NCBI GenBank assembly: GCA_902571975.1
Contig: CACGED010000004.1
Span: 394-64,393, forward strand
Direction: 5' to 3'
DNA from: an uncultured Pelagibacteraceae bacterium
GTDB taxonomy: Bacteria > Pseudomonadota > Alphaproteobacteria > Pelagibacterales > Pelagibacteraceae
DNA: 64,000 nucleotides
A model generated the notes under the pieces. It saw nothing but the letters and a program-made list of their open reading frames with translations, did no database searches and was not told the DNA's origin. Made by a program: the position numbers and the translations under genes. Position 1 is the stretch's first letter; each line of letters begins with the position of its first letter. Positions 63,408-64,000 of this stretch are shown here, in pieces.

Positions 63408-64000
63408 TTATTCTACTGTTACAGATTTAGCTAGGTTTCTTGGTTTATCAATATCATAGCCTTTTTCCAGTGCTGAAAAAAAAGCCAATTTTTGCAAAGG
63501 TATAGTAGTTAAAAATGGAATAAGTTCATCATTTAATTTATCAACTTCTATTTGCTCCCAAATATTTTCAGAAATTATTTCATCTTTACTTTTATTTGTA
63601 ACTAGTAATACCTTAGCCCCTCTAGCAATGACTTCCTGCATATTAGACATGGTTTTTAGATAATGTTCGTCTCTTGGCGCTATAACGACCACTGGCATAC
63701 CTTCTTCTATCAAAGCTAATGGCCCATGCTTCATTTCACCTGCTGGGTAACCTTCTGCATGAACATAGGCTAACTCTTTTAATTTTAATGCACCCTCTAG
63801 AGCAATGGGGTAAGAAAAACCTCTTCCTAAGAACATGCATCCTTTGGCTCGAGCAAAAACTTTACCAATTTTTAAAAGTTTATGATCCAATTTGAGTGTT
63901 TTTTTTGCAGAATTTGACAATAATAATAAATTTTTAATCTTTGATTGATATGTTTCTTTTGTAATTTCTTTCTGATCAAAAGAAATTTTTAAGCACAGCA
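63408..64000 (-). CDS. glmS: Glutamine--fructose-6-phosphate aminotransferase, C-terminal part (runs off window end)
   Basis: FLGRG, EGALKLKE..Y.HAEG...GEMKHGP, D.PRNLAKSVTVE; frame open to position 64000. Confidence 0.96.
   Translation of the reverse strand, partial: LCLKISFDQKEITKETYQSKIKNLLLLSNSAKKTLKLDHKLLKIGKVFARAKGCMFLGRGFSYPIALEGALKLKELAYVHAEGYPAGEMKHGPLALIEEGMPVVVIAPRDEHYLKTMSNMQEVIARGAKVLLVTNKSKDEIISENIWEQIEVDKLNDELIPFLTTIPLQKLAFFSALEKGYDIDKPRNLAKSVTVE

Overview
AT-rich, tightly packed alphaproteobacterial DNA. Gene content, order and streamlining point to Pelagibacterales (SAR11); this is inferred, not database-checked. Bases 1-29.8 kb hold the core translation/transcription superoperon (tuf, secE-nusG, rplKAJL, rpoBC, rpsLG-fusA, S10, spc and alpha clusters) plus tRNA-Trp/Gly/Tyr. 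Bases 37.8-64 kb are mostly housekeeping (gpgP/gpgS-like, azlCD, sfsA, map, purBCSQL, bolA, grxD, rpsD, cimA, cysS, nadE, class II DAHP synthase, glmS). The most notable region is 30.7-37.8 kb, which contains three small integrase-less cargo cassettes docked at tRNA anticodon loops. One 1.37-kb islet sits at tRNA-Thr(TGT) with a 47-bp 3'-half duplication. Two cassettes (1750 and 1850 bp) are stacked in tandem at tRNA-Leu(TAA) and duplicate the tRNA 5' half and its upstream promoter region. Each cassette has helically phased (10-11 bp) repeat motifs at both inner ends, resembling tyrosine-recombinase attP arm sites, and in the Leu pair these sit at conserved distances from the core. No recombinase gene is present in the window. 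This suggests a non-autonomous, integron-like, tRNA-anchored cassette system mobilised in trans.
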